The notes under the pieces: generated by a model
Told to the model about the DNA's origin: nothing
The model's database searches: none
The model's input: the letters and a program-made list of their open reading frames with translations, nothing else
NCBI GenBank assembly: GCA_041484665.1
Contig: JBGPIA010000003.1
Span: 160,001 to 224,000, forward strand
Origin: Candidatus Krumholzibacteriia bacterium
GTDB taxonomy: Bacteria > Krumholzibacteriota > Krumholzibacteriia > JAJRXK01
DNA length: 64,000 bases
Reading direction: 5' to 3'
Position numbers and translations under genes: made by a program
Shown here: positions 47,701 through 54,566 of the stretch, piece by piece
How positions within the stretch are numbered: the stretch's first letter is position 1
How the letters are laid out: each line of letters starts with the position of its first letter

Positions 47701-50668
47701 CGGGTGGCGGCGTCGCATCGCTCAGTGACGCGCCCGGCGGCGCAGAACGCAGCTCCAGGCGCACGGGCTCGCCGGCGACTGGATTGCCGTAGCGGTCCAG
47801 CACGCGCGCAAGCAGCGCCGACTGCGCGCCCGCCGCGATGACCACGGACGTGTCGGCCACGGCGACGATGCGGTACGCCAAGGCCGCCGTCACGGCGATG
47901 GCCGCGCTCGTGTCGGTGACAGCCGGCGCGGCGAGCAGCGCGGCGGTCACGCGCGCGCTGCCCGCGGCGGTGTCGGCTAGCGTGGCGCTCAGCAACCCGG
48001 AGGAGAGCGCGGCGCTCGAGGGAACGATGGACGCGCCCGCCCCCAGTGCGCCCAGCACGACCACGTCGGTGGCATCGTCGACGCGGTTGCCCGCAACGTC
48101 GACGGCCTCCACCTGCACCGGCACGGTCTGTCCGGCGGTGAGCGTGTTCGACGACGGCGTGAGCCGCAAGGCGGTGATGGCTCCGCTGCGCGTGAAGACC
48201 ACGAGCGTCCGCGTCTCGCGCGCGACGGGAACGCCATCGAGGATGGACAGGCGCAGGCGCGCCATTCCAACCTGGGAGTTCGTGCGCAGACGCGCGCTGC
48301 TGCGCCCGTCGAGCCCCGTGGCGCCGGGAGGGGACTCGAGCGTACCACCCTCGACCAGCACCGCCGTCACGGCGATCCCAGCAACGGCGTTGCCCCGCGC
48401 GTCGCGGGCCTCGACCTCGGCTGCTACCACGTCTCCCGCCACGATGCCGCGGAGCGTGTCGGGCCCGACGCTGACGAGCTCGAAGGCAGCGCCGGGGAGC
48501 ACCACCGTGGGCGGGCCCACGTATCCGCGACCCGCGGCACTGACGCGCAGCCGCAGCGTGAGGGCGCGGGTGACGCTCTGCAAGTTGGTCGTGAACGAGC
48601 CCGCGCCGAGCTGCCCGCTGGCGACGGCCAGTGTGGCGGGCGCGACGGCGGTCGTGTCGCTGGCGAGGACGGCGTCGAGGTGGAACGCTGTGCTGGCGTC
48701 CGCCGCGAAGTTCCCGAAGGCATCGAACCCCACCACCGTCATCGGGAACGGCGCGCCTGCCACGACCGTATCGGGCGCGCTGACGGTAAAGCTCGCCACC
48801 TGGCGGCCGGCGATCACCGTGACGCTCACGCTGTCACCAGCCAGCACGGCTGCTGGGTCCGTCACCGTCAGGGTGTGCGTGCCTGCCGGTCCGCCACGCC
48901 ACCAGCGCTGGGCGCTTCCACCCACGGAGACGGCCAGCGGGCTGACGAAGGGACCGGCGATGGACGCGCAGAGGCCGATGCCGCTGCTGGGGGCGGCGGC
49001 GACGCTCAGCGTGGCGAGGGCGTTGGTGTCGACGTTGCCATGTGCGTCGACCAGCGTGATGGCGAGTTGCCCGAGCTCCTCCCCCGCGCGCACGGGTCCG
49101 CTGGGCGGCTGCAGGCGCACCGCCACGGCTTGGCCCGGCCGGCTGGTCAACACGAGATCGCCGACCGCGCTGGCGGGCAGCCCGGGCGCGACCGCGTCGA
49201 GCCGGTCGGTGCGCCCGGCCTGCGTCGCCGCCCGATACAGGACGTGCACGCGTCCGTCGCCGCCCGTGCTGCCCCGCTGCTGCGCCACGCCGAGCGAGTC
49301 GGTCTCACCGGCGGAGGCCAGCGCGCCGTCGAGCGGATCGGTCACCAGCACGGTGACCTCCACTCCGGCCACGCCGTTGCCGAAGGCGTCGGTGGCACGC
49401 GCGGCCACCGTGGTCACCGAGCCCGCCTCGACGTCCACCGCGCCGTTGGGCAGCAGTGCGAGCGCCGCGAACGGCCCCGGACTCGCCGTCGCGTGGAAGA
49501 CGACCGTGTCGCCGAAGTCGGCGACGGCGAGCAACGTCTGGCTGCCGGCCACGGTCGCCAGCGTCCAGCGCGAGCAGCGCGCCAGCCCACCTTGGTCGGT
49601 GAGCGCGCTGGTCTGGTCCCCCGGAGTGCCCAGATCGGTGTCGGCCGATCCGTCGCCCATGGGCTGGAACGTGACGGTGCGCGCGGCTACGGAATTGCCA
49701 AAGGCGTCCAGCGCACGGACGGCAGGCGCCTGCGACACGGTCGCCGCCACAAGGGCCGTCTGGCCGTCGCCTGCCGCGGCCAGCAGCGACTGGGGAGCGG
49801 CAGCCTGCACGTCAAGCGTGGCGCCGCCACTGAGAGGGCCGTTCTGCGCGGTGATGTGCAGCGTCTCAGCGCGCGTGTCGCTGAGCGTGAGCTGCACCTG
49901 GCCCGAGTCGCCGGGAGCGAACGTGTACGCCGCCGCGCCGGGTGAGGTCGGCACGAGCGCACCCGCGCCCGCGGCGGACCAGGAAATATTGGTGCCGTCA
50001 CCGGCAGTGTCGGTCGCCAGCGCGGCGGTTCCGGCGTACGGCGCGACGCGATTGCCGAACGCGTCCACGGCGGCGAGCACGAGGACGTGCGGCGTCCCGG
50101 CGACGGTGCAGCCGCCTTCGGGCTGGAGGTCGAAGAGCGCCGCGGGCCCGGCCACCAGCGTGAAGGGGTCGCAGAGGGCCGGGCCCTCGAGCGTGGTGCC
50201 GGTGGCGTCGCGGGACTCCAGAGTGACCGTCGCGCTCCCCGCGCGGGTCGCATTGCCCACGCCCAGCAGCTCAATGGTCAACGCACCGGCGACGAGGGGA
50301 GCGCCGGTGATGGCCAGGACCGCCACGCTGTCCTGGACCGCCAGGATCACGCTCGCGGCGCCAAGGCCGCTGGTGGGGCCCAGCGCGGCCGACGCCAGCG
50401 TGAAGCCCGCTGGATAGCCGATGCGCAGCGAGCCACCGGCCTCGATGTCCACCTCCGTCGCGAGCATCACGACGTGGCTCGTGGTCGAGCCGACCACGTC
50501 GCTGGCGGGCGCAACGGCGCCCCCCGACAGCGCGTGCGCTGGCGAGGCCTGCCCCATCGCGAGCAGAGCGATGATGAGCAGTGCCGCCGGTCGTGCGACG
50601 CGCCGGCCGGCCCGCGCGCGCGATGCGCGCCGGAGGGATCGCTGGAGGGAACGCTGCATGCTCGCCAT
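41723..50668 (-). CDS. Giant (~2980 aa) secreted Ig-repeat surface protein (invasin/Big_1-like and CARDB-like repeats) with FlgD-Ig/T9SS-like C-terminal domain
   Basis: Signal peptide ending '...ASPAHA'. Repeated 'DAFGN/DAxGN' Big_1-like modules ('GDGQTA.V'). Second half has repeats 'P..V..G....F.V.V.N.G'. C-terminal 'SYPNPF...IFDLLG..VR...WDG.N..G..V.SGLY'. Confidence 0.9.
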   Translation of the reverse strand: MASMQRSLQRSLRRASRARAGRRVARPAALLIIALLAMGQASPAHALSGGAVAPASDVVGSTTSHVVMLATEVDIEAGGSLRIGYPAGFTLASAALGPTSGLGAASVILAVQDSVAVLAITGAPLVAGALTIELLGVGNATRAGSATVTLESRDATGTTLEGPALCDPFTLVAGPAALFDLQPEGGCTVAGTPHVLVLAAVDAFGNRVAPYAGTAALATDTAGDGTNISWSAAGAGALVPTSPGAAAYTFAPGDSGQVQLTLSDTRAETLHITAQNGPLSGGATLDVQAAAPQSLLAAAGDGQTALVAATVSQAPAVRALDAFGNSVAARTVTFQPMGDGSADTDLGTPGDQTSALTDQGGLARCSRWTLATVAGSQTLLAVADFGDTVVFHATASPGPFAALALLPNGAVDVEAGSVTTVAARATDAFGNGVAGVEVTVLVTDPLDGALASAGETDSLGVAQQRGSTGGDGRVHVLYRAATQAGRTDRLDAVAPGLPASAVGDLVLTSRPGQAVAVRLQPPSGPVRAGEELGQLAITLVDAHGNVDTNALATLSVAAAPSSGIGLCASIAGPFVSPLAVSVGGSAQRWWRGGPAGTHTLTVTDPAAVLAGDSVSVTVIAGRQVASFTVSAPDTVVAGAPFPMTVVGFDAFGNFAADASTAFHLDAVLASDTTAVAPATLAVASGQLGAGSFTTNLQSVTRALTLRLRVSAAGRGYVGPPTVVLPGAAFELVSVGPDTLRGIVAGDVVAAEVEARDARGNAVAGIAVTAVLVEGGTLESPPGATGLDGRSSARLRTNSQVGMARLRLSILDGVPVARETRTLVVFTRSGAITALRLTPSSNTLTAGQTVPVQVEAVDVAGNRVDDATDVVVLGALGAGASIVPSSAALSSGLLSATLADTAAGSARVTAALLAAPAVTDTSAAIAVTAALAYRIVAVADTSVVIAAGAQSALLARVLDRYGNPVAGEPVRLELRSAPPGASLSDATPPPDDGIARTDAQGEAQATLALSAHAGVHEVRASILDRAPAALESLRWHVTGTAGAPATLELTTAPGALTAGVPRAVTLALLDAAGNLVSASGTVTMTFSPQGSATAPNPVTLSFGTASVDVTASRAGTLTIGASWDPAPAVGGALGPRAVLAGPPAGMIPVPGVDPPVNTADGLATTRLTAGPVTDTWGNLVAPGTPVTIASTLGALLFDDLDPLTPGLQRATDAAGQVEARLVAPISAGVATVTFVAGAAAGSAQAAFEERAALVFDGALAPMVVAPGETVSFTLRLRNAGQADALLSAAGTTFELDEGAGATYVAALAGGVLVPGGGTALLGFAAAPLDSAFAPGAHRPVVRLGGLDGHGQPIMGLVLLPDGLLAVSGLAVAAVSVAPVAAVVGDTVEVVARVRNVGGAPVQLTSVTIAAQPQGDFLPVGQDALPLLPPGGQIDHRTRLRVGAATLPGLYGFRAQVAGRSGTADFLAQDGLTALPLQVSTAARLAAVAGGVTPARVSRGATVVLRVQVRNDGGVPVSLDASRTRATVQTGAAAAAAAALAQPMALAAGGTTELVFAAATVDAAAPPGLFDLVLILGGDELGRAFADTLRWPAAIRVEAPAALALALPALSPNPVSLGASVRFTVRVVNSGEAAVDLDPLATTLRLGEPAAARLSAALDPLGPRALPPGETVLRFAPLDLPLDLTLGAPPAVVELRGTENMTVVALSLPLATGALLAQQPAALQIVASAPSQATVTAQQARPWLVKVALRNNGQAPLAVDPDPTRTRLDLLQGGAAAGGFVAQARAALDGGDLRLDAGETDTLRVDLLTTGPTAGPLVLLPQVEAVDLNSQQRMQDGSGDGGSGLVLVQAPAALAPLTLRAVPDTLSAGRVAPFSVRLAVRNGGGSTVRLRPLPPATALSARAGLGAWPLAATLTPATWAGSATLLLPAGGADSLMFVAQGPLPTAGTLTLSARVQVEEVNSGRLLADSLVAAVPLPQPPQVALNGLTGRAVGAQIAPEPGRIRVDAGGTATLVIRLANRGDGVADAVQLRVRSALGRVDSALIWPELTDTATVPLAIPAAPQPGAAEWLRVQLVAAVDRYGNRPAALEPSAERDSLLLLTVAPAALIAEQVIVRDGALSPIDRITAGQTSAFSIDLDVHNAGDAPLRIAAPQPQDVTFLLAGQPQADYLVTAPGGLLAGGGLLLDGQQRGVLRYSVLRAGSQPGGGLARVSAAAQDVLDGAGLAAQAETPLTVEQPAGLRILSTRTLHPRAPQPQVDAGQIIRARVAVGNSGQEAVDSLTVVVAGTMSPPSSAAPAVLSRLAAGAVDSLDFQVAVTSALGAETLVARVTRARSANTGLPVPELAPLDNVQALEVQRPVRLAFSVTLPGSADPLHAAVTPGQLVALRVALDHVPPLDGQGDWLPVEVTFPALSPFTLEPPLAAPLLLSPVQSAVVLQLRAPTQASLTTLVALLAGDRLDRNDPARVALTTQTSASVQLDVQGGQGIDACALAVVAPPGAADLRLSAGQSFTVRGSASAPPNLQQRALRLLLPPALSLPGGDPLRALAAGVDTASWRVQAPATPASQLQIRLVASATDVQSGQAVAETCATLAVAVEQAARAEAAGALAAPASARDFGQVYPGAQVTVKGWIQAAGSATLAGPSALRLTPPPQYPFTGGSVAIVTLATAADTALWTLQAPAVAGAGVDQLVLQLATVPLDANSGLPAGDAARAVRLPLATVSSLVRLAAGDAVGEGPIVAGSALRDRMELGFSNGSSAAVQWTSLSVWMVDAGGSLLPDPAGTLAELAVTDDVSGARWSSAVAGNPASIALTATLAPGQARGFHLAARAAEGGSFVPFALRVQSAAGIAAQAPDGTAVAVQLTDLHGAPRTDVTSALSVRSPAALAASAHSYPNPFVPSREAAVIAYSLAAGGSVEISIFDLLGNPVRQWSFAAGEPQAAAGLHDGDVHWDGLNGRGQDVRSGLYVCRIRAGGQQSFFRIAVTR

Positions 50669-50785
50669 GGCCCGCAGTCCACGCGGTGGCGCCCGCGGCG
50701 GCGCGTGATCGCGCAGGGGGTGGGCGGCTCCCCGGCGCGCGGGCAGCGGCGGGACAGCCGATTGCGGGCAACCGCGCACGGGAGG

Positions 50786-50800
50786 GCAACTTCCGTGCCT
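50786..50800 (-). promoter_or_regulatory. sigma54 (-24/-12) promoter of the giant-protein operon
   Basis: Minus strand AGGCACGGAAGTTGC, a near-perfect match to TGGCACG-N4-TTGC, about 120 nt upstream of the ATG. Confidence 0.75.
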
Positions 50801-50856
50801 CGGGGCGCGCCGCCGACGCAGCGGCGGGCGGGGCTGTTGGGGCGCAAACGGGGGGG

Positions 50857-50892
50857 GGCGCTGCCGGCGCCCAGGTGGGCGCTCGCAGCGCC
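50857..50892. other. Long GC-rich hairpin (possible terminator or operator)
   Basis: GGCGCTGC-CG-GCGCCC-AGGT-GGGCGC-TC-GCAGCGCC, between the DUF4388 gene stop and the sigma54 promoter. Confidence 0.5.
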
Positions 50893-50955
50893 AGCGGGGG
50901 GAGCGTCGAAGACGCGCGGGGCGCGGAACGCGCGCGTAGTACAGCGGCGGGCGGG

Positions 50956-51447
50956 CTAACCGGGCTTGCGCATCTCGTCGAGCTTGCGCAGGCCCTCCAG
51001 CATCAGGTACTCGAGGCTGACGTCCAGGAGGATGTCCTCGTTCTCGGGGAAGATCATGCTGTAGAAGGCGAAGGTACCATCGGTCATCCCCACGAGCTGG
51101 TAGACGACCTCCTTGATCTGGTCGGTGACGGCGGTCTTGAGGTCGGACTCGGTGATCCCACCGCTCTCCACGAGGATCTGGCCGATGCGCTTGCCCCGCG
51201 CCATCTCGGCCTTCATTTTGGCGCCTTCGAGCTGGGACGGCTGGAGGATGCCCTTGCGCACCAGATACTCCCCCAGGCGCTCCATCTCGGCGTCGGTGCG
51301 CGCGTAGATCAGATTGCCCTGGTGGAAGTACACCCGGGCCTTCTGCGACGGGCCCACCAGCACGAGCTTACCCGTCGCTTCGGCCAGGTGAAGGAGTTGG
51401 AAGATGTTCGCCACCCCGAAGAGATCGATCCGGCCGCGCAGGTCCAA
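50956..51447 (-). CDS. DUF4388 (PatA-N-like) protein with inserted MshEN-like motifs
   Basis: 'LRGRIDLF....IFQLL....TGKL....VYF.QG..IYA', 'RLGEYLV..G..', 'RIGQILV..G', 'G.F.F', 'LMLEGLRKLDE'. GGAGG RBS before TTG. Confidence 0.88.
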   Translation of the reverse strand: MDLRGRIDLFGVANIFQLLHLAEATGKLVLVGPSQKARVYFHQGNLIYARTDAEMERLGEYLVRKGILQPSQLEGAKMKAEMARGKRIGQILVESGGITESDLKTAVTDQIKEVVYQLVGMTDGTFAFYSMIFPENEDILLDVSLEYLMLEGLRKLDEMRKPG

Positions 51448-51485
51448 GAACGGTCCCCCTCCGGTGGTGGCTGGTTCCCTACCAC

Positions 51486-54131
51486 TCAGCGATCCAACGC
51501 TGCCTGGGCCGCTGCCAGGATCGCGATCGGAACCCGGTAGGGAGAGCAGCTAACATAATCCAGGCCAGCCTGGTGGAAGAAGCGTACCGAGCTGGGGTCG
51601 CCGCCGTGCTCGCCGCAGACCCCGATCTTCAGACCCGGTTTGGCGGCGCGTCCCTTCGCCACGGCCATCGCCACCAGCTGTCCGATCCCCTCCTGGTCGA
51701 GCGCCTGGAACGGCTCCGCGGGCAGGATGCCCTTCTCCACGTACATCGGGAGAAACGTCCCGGCGTCGTCGCGGCTGAAGCCGAAGCCCATCTGCGTGAG
51801 GTCGTTGGTCCCGAAGCTGAAGAAGTCGGCGACCGCGGCGATCGCATCCGCGACCAGGCAGGCCCTTGGGATCTCGATCATCGTGCCCACCAGGTAAGGG
51901 ATCTGCTCCCGCTCCTCCCGCAGCACCTGCTCCGCGCGCTCGATGGTCTGTTCGCGCAGGATCGAGAGCTCCTTGGTGATCCCCACCAGCGGGATCATGA
52001 TCTCCGGTACCGGCTGCAGGCCCTCGCGCTTGACCTCGATCGCGGCGCGCAGGATGGCCTCGACCTGCATGAGGTAGATCTCCGGATAGGTGATCCCCAA
52101 GCGGCAGCCGCGGTGCCCAAGCATCGGATTGAATTCCTCCAACGCCTCCACGATCGCGTGCATGTGCGTTCCATCGATGCGCAACTCGCCCGCAAGGCGT
52201 TCGATCTCGTCCTCCGCCTGCGGGAGGAACTCGTGCAGCGGTGGATCGAGCAGGCGGATGGTCACCGGCAGCCCGGTCATGGCACGGAAGATCCCCTTGA
52301 AGTCCTCTTTCTGGAACGGGAGCAGCTTCGCCAGCGCGCGCTCCCGCTGCTCGCGCGTGCGGGCCACGATCATCTCGCGCATGGGTCCGATGCGCTCTTC
52401 GCCGAAGAACATGTGCTCGGTCCGGCAGAGGCCGATGCCCTGGGCGCCGAAGCGCCGGGCCAGCTCGCTGTCCTCTGGCGTGTCGGAGTTGGCACGTACC
52501 TCGAGGCGGCGGTACTCGTTGGCCCATTCAATGAGCTGCTCGAAGTTTGCGTCCACCTTGGGGGCGATGGTGGGCACGCGCCCCTCCAGCACCTCGCCCG
52601 TATTGCCGTTGAGCGTGATCACGTCGCCGCGGCGGAAGGTCTTGCCGCCCAGGGTCATCGTGCCGGCCGCCTCGTCCAGGCGGAGCTCGCCGCATCCGGC
52701 AACGCAGCACTTGCCCATGCCGCGCGCCACCACTGCGGCGTGGCTCGTCATGCCGCCGCGCTGGGTCAGGATGGCGGCGGCGGCAACCATGCCGCGGATG
52801 TCCTCGGGGCTGGTCTCCTTGCGCACAAGGATCACCACGCGTTTGGCCTCCGCGGCTGCCACGGCCTCCGCCGCGGAGAAGACGATCTCGCCGCCGGCCG
52901 CGCCCGGACTGGCGGGCAGCCCCTTGCCCAGCACCGTCACGTGCGCTGCGGGGTCGACCGTGGGGTGCAGCAGTTGATCGAGCTGCTCGGGTGAGACGCG
53001 CCGCAGCGCGGTTGGCTTGTCCAGCAGCCCCTCGCGCACCATCTCCACGGCCGCGCGGACCGCCGAGCGGCCCGCCCGCTTGCCGGAGCGCACCTGCAGC
53101 ATCCAGAGCTTGCCGCGCTCGATGGTGAACTCGATGTCGAGCAGATCGCGGTAGTGCCGCTCCAACTTGCCGACGATCTGCACGAACTGCTGGTAGACCA
53201 CGGGCATCACGTCTTGCAGGGCGCGGTCCTCCCCGGGCTGACGGCGGATGTGGCGCGGCGTGCGCACGCCGGCCACCACGTCCTCGCCCTGGGCGTTGAC
53301 GAGGTACTCGCCGTACAGCTGGTTCTCACCGGTGGCCGGATCGCGGCTGAAGGCGACCCCGGTGGCGCAGTCCTCCCCCATGTTCCCGAACACCATGGCC
53401 TGCACGTTGACGGCCGTTCCCCACTCGTCGGAGTAGCCGTGGAGGCGCCGATACGCGATGGCGCGATCGTTGTTCCAGCTGCGGAACACCGCGCGCACGG
53501 CCTCCCACAGCTGCTCCCATGGGTCCTGGGGAAACTCCCGGCCATGGTGCTCGCGGACGATCTGCTTGTAGGTGACGATCAGCTGCGCCAGGTCGTCCTG
53601 GTCCAGCTCGGTGTCCAGGTGGACCCCCTTGCGCTCCTTCAGCTGCTCCAGCACCCCCTCGAACCGATTCTTCTCCACCCCCAGCACCACGTCGCCGAAC
53701 ATCTGGATCAGGCGCCGGTAGCTGTCGTTGGCGAAGCGCGGGTTGTCGGTGGCTTTCGCCAGCCCCTGCACCGTGACGTCGTTGAGTCCCAGGTTGAGCA
53801 CCGTGTCCATCATGCCGGGCATGGACACGCGCGCGCCCGAGCGCACCGACACCAGGAGCGGGTGCTGCGGGTCGCAGAAGCGCCGGCCCATGATCGCCTC
53901 CACGCGGGCCATCGCCTCCTTGACCACCGGCCCCAGGCGCGCGAACAGCTCGTCGGCCCGGCCGCGATCGAAGTCGGTGCAAGCTTCCGTGGAGATCGTG
54001 AACCCGGGGGGGACCGGCAGCCCCAGATTGGTCATCTCCGCCAGGTTCGCTCCCTTGCCGCCCAACAGCTCGCGCTGCGTCGCGTTGCCATCCGCCTTGC
54101 CCTCGCCGAAGAAGTAGACCATTCGGGACAC
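51486..54131 (-). CDS. ppdK: Pyruvate, phosphate dikinase
   Basis: 'LLGGKGANLAEM', 'SVRSGARVSMPGMMDTVLNLG', phospho-His 'GGMTSHAAVVARG', 'GIGLCRTEHMF', 'FSFGTNDLTQ', 'CGEHGGDP'. Confidence 0.98.
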   Translation of the reverse strand: MSRMVYFFGEGKADGNATQRELLGGKGANLAEMTNLGLPVPPGFTISTEACTDFDRGRADELFARLGPVVKEAMARVEAIMGRRFCDPQHPLLVSVRSGARVSMPGMMDTVLNLGLNDVTVQGLAKATDNPRFANDSYRRLIQMFGDVVLGVEKNRFEGVLEQLKERKGVHLDTELDQDDLAQLIVTYKQIVREHHGREFPQDPWEQLWEAVRAVFRSWNNDRAIAYRRLHGYSDEWGTAVNVQAMVFGNMGEDCATGVAFSRDPATGENQLYGEYLVNAQGEDVVAGVRTPRHIRRQPGEDRALQDVMPVVYQQFVQIVGKLERHYRDLLDIEFTIERGKLWMLQVRSGKRAGRSAVRAAVEMVREGLLDKPTALRRVSPEQLDQLLHPTVDPAAHVTVLGKGLPASPGAAGGEIVFSAAEAVAAAEAKRVVILVRKETSPEDIRGMVAAAAILTQRGGMTSHAAVVARGMGKCCVAGCGELRLDEAAGTMTLGGKTFRRGDVITLNGNTGEVLEGRVPTIAPKVDANFEQLIEWANEYRRLEVRANSDTPEDSELARRFGAQGIGLCRTEHMFFGEERIGPMREMIVARTREQRERALAKLLPFQKEDFKGIFRAMTGLPVTIRLLDPPLHEFLPQAEDEIERLAGELRIDGTHMHAIVEALEEFNPMLGHRGCRLGITYPEIYLMQVEAILRAAIEVKREGLQPVPEIMIPLVGITKELSILREQTIERAEQVLREEREQIPYLVGTMIEIPRACLVADAIAAVADFFSFGTNDLTQMGFGFSRDDAGTFLPMYVEKGILPAEPFQALDQEGIGQLVAMAVAKGRAAKPGLKIGVCGEHGGDPSSVRFFHQAGLDYVSCSPYRVPIAILAAAQAALDR

Positions 54132-54208
54132 GTCATCGACCTTTCGCTGTGAGGCGCATGGGGATCGAGGCCTCGGGCTTGCAGGTAAGCCGCCAAAACG
54201 GCGCGCCA

Positions 54209-54237
54209 ACGATAGGACCGGCGCGGCGAGCTGTCAA
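54209..54237 (-). promoter_or_regulatory. sigma70 promoter for ppdK
   Basis: TTGACA-N17-TATCGT. Confidence 0.7.
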
Positions 54238-54566
54238 AAGCGCGACCGGTGGGCGCCGGAACCTCCGCAAGGGCCGGCGTTGTCGCCAGGCGAAGAGCTC
54301 ACCGGCCAGGCCCGGCGGTGCGAGCTGGAACTCCAAGAGGCCCTGATGCCGGCCCGGTGACGGGCAGCGCCGGGTCAGGCGTCGCCAGTGGGGACCATGC
54401 CCGCGCCCCCCACCATGAGAATCACAGATCGCGCGCGGGCGATGCGCGACCCCGTCGGGGACCACGACCTCCAGGGGGGCGTACTGCACGTTGCGGTGCG
54501 TTGCGTACGGGGAGTCCTCGTGGGGATCCGCCATGCGCCGCTCCGCGTGGTCCTCTCTGGACCCGC

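Noticed and set aside
54133..54534. 133-aa minus-strand ORF before ppdK
   Set aside because: Runs through the ppdK promoter, has low-complexity Arg/Pro composition and no motifs.
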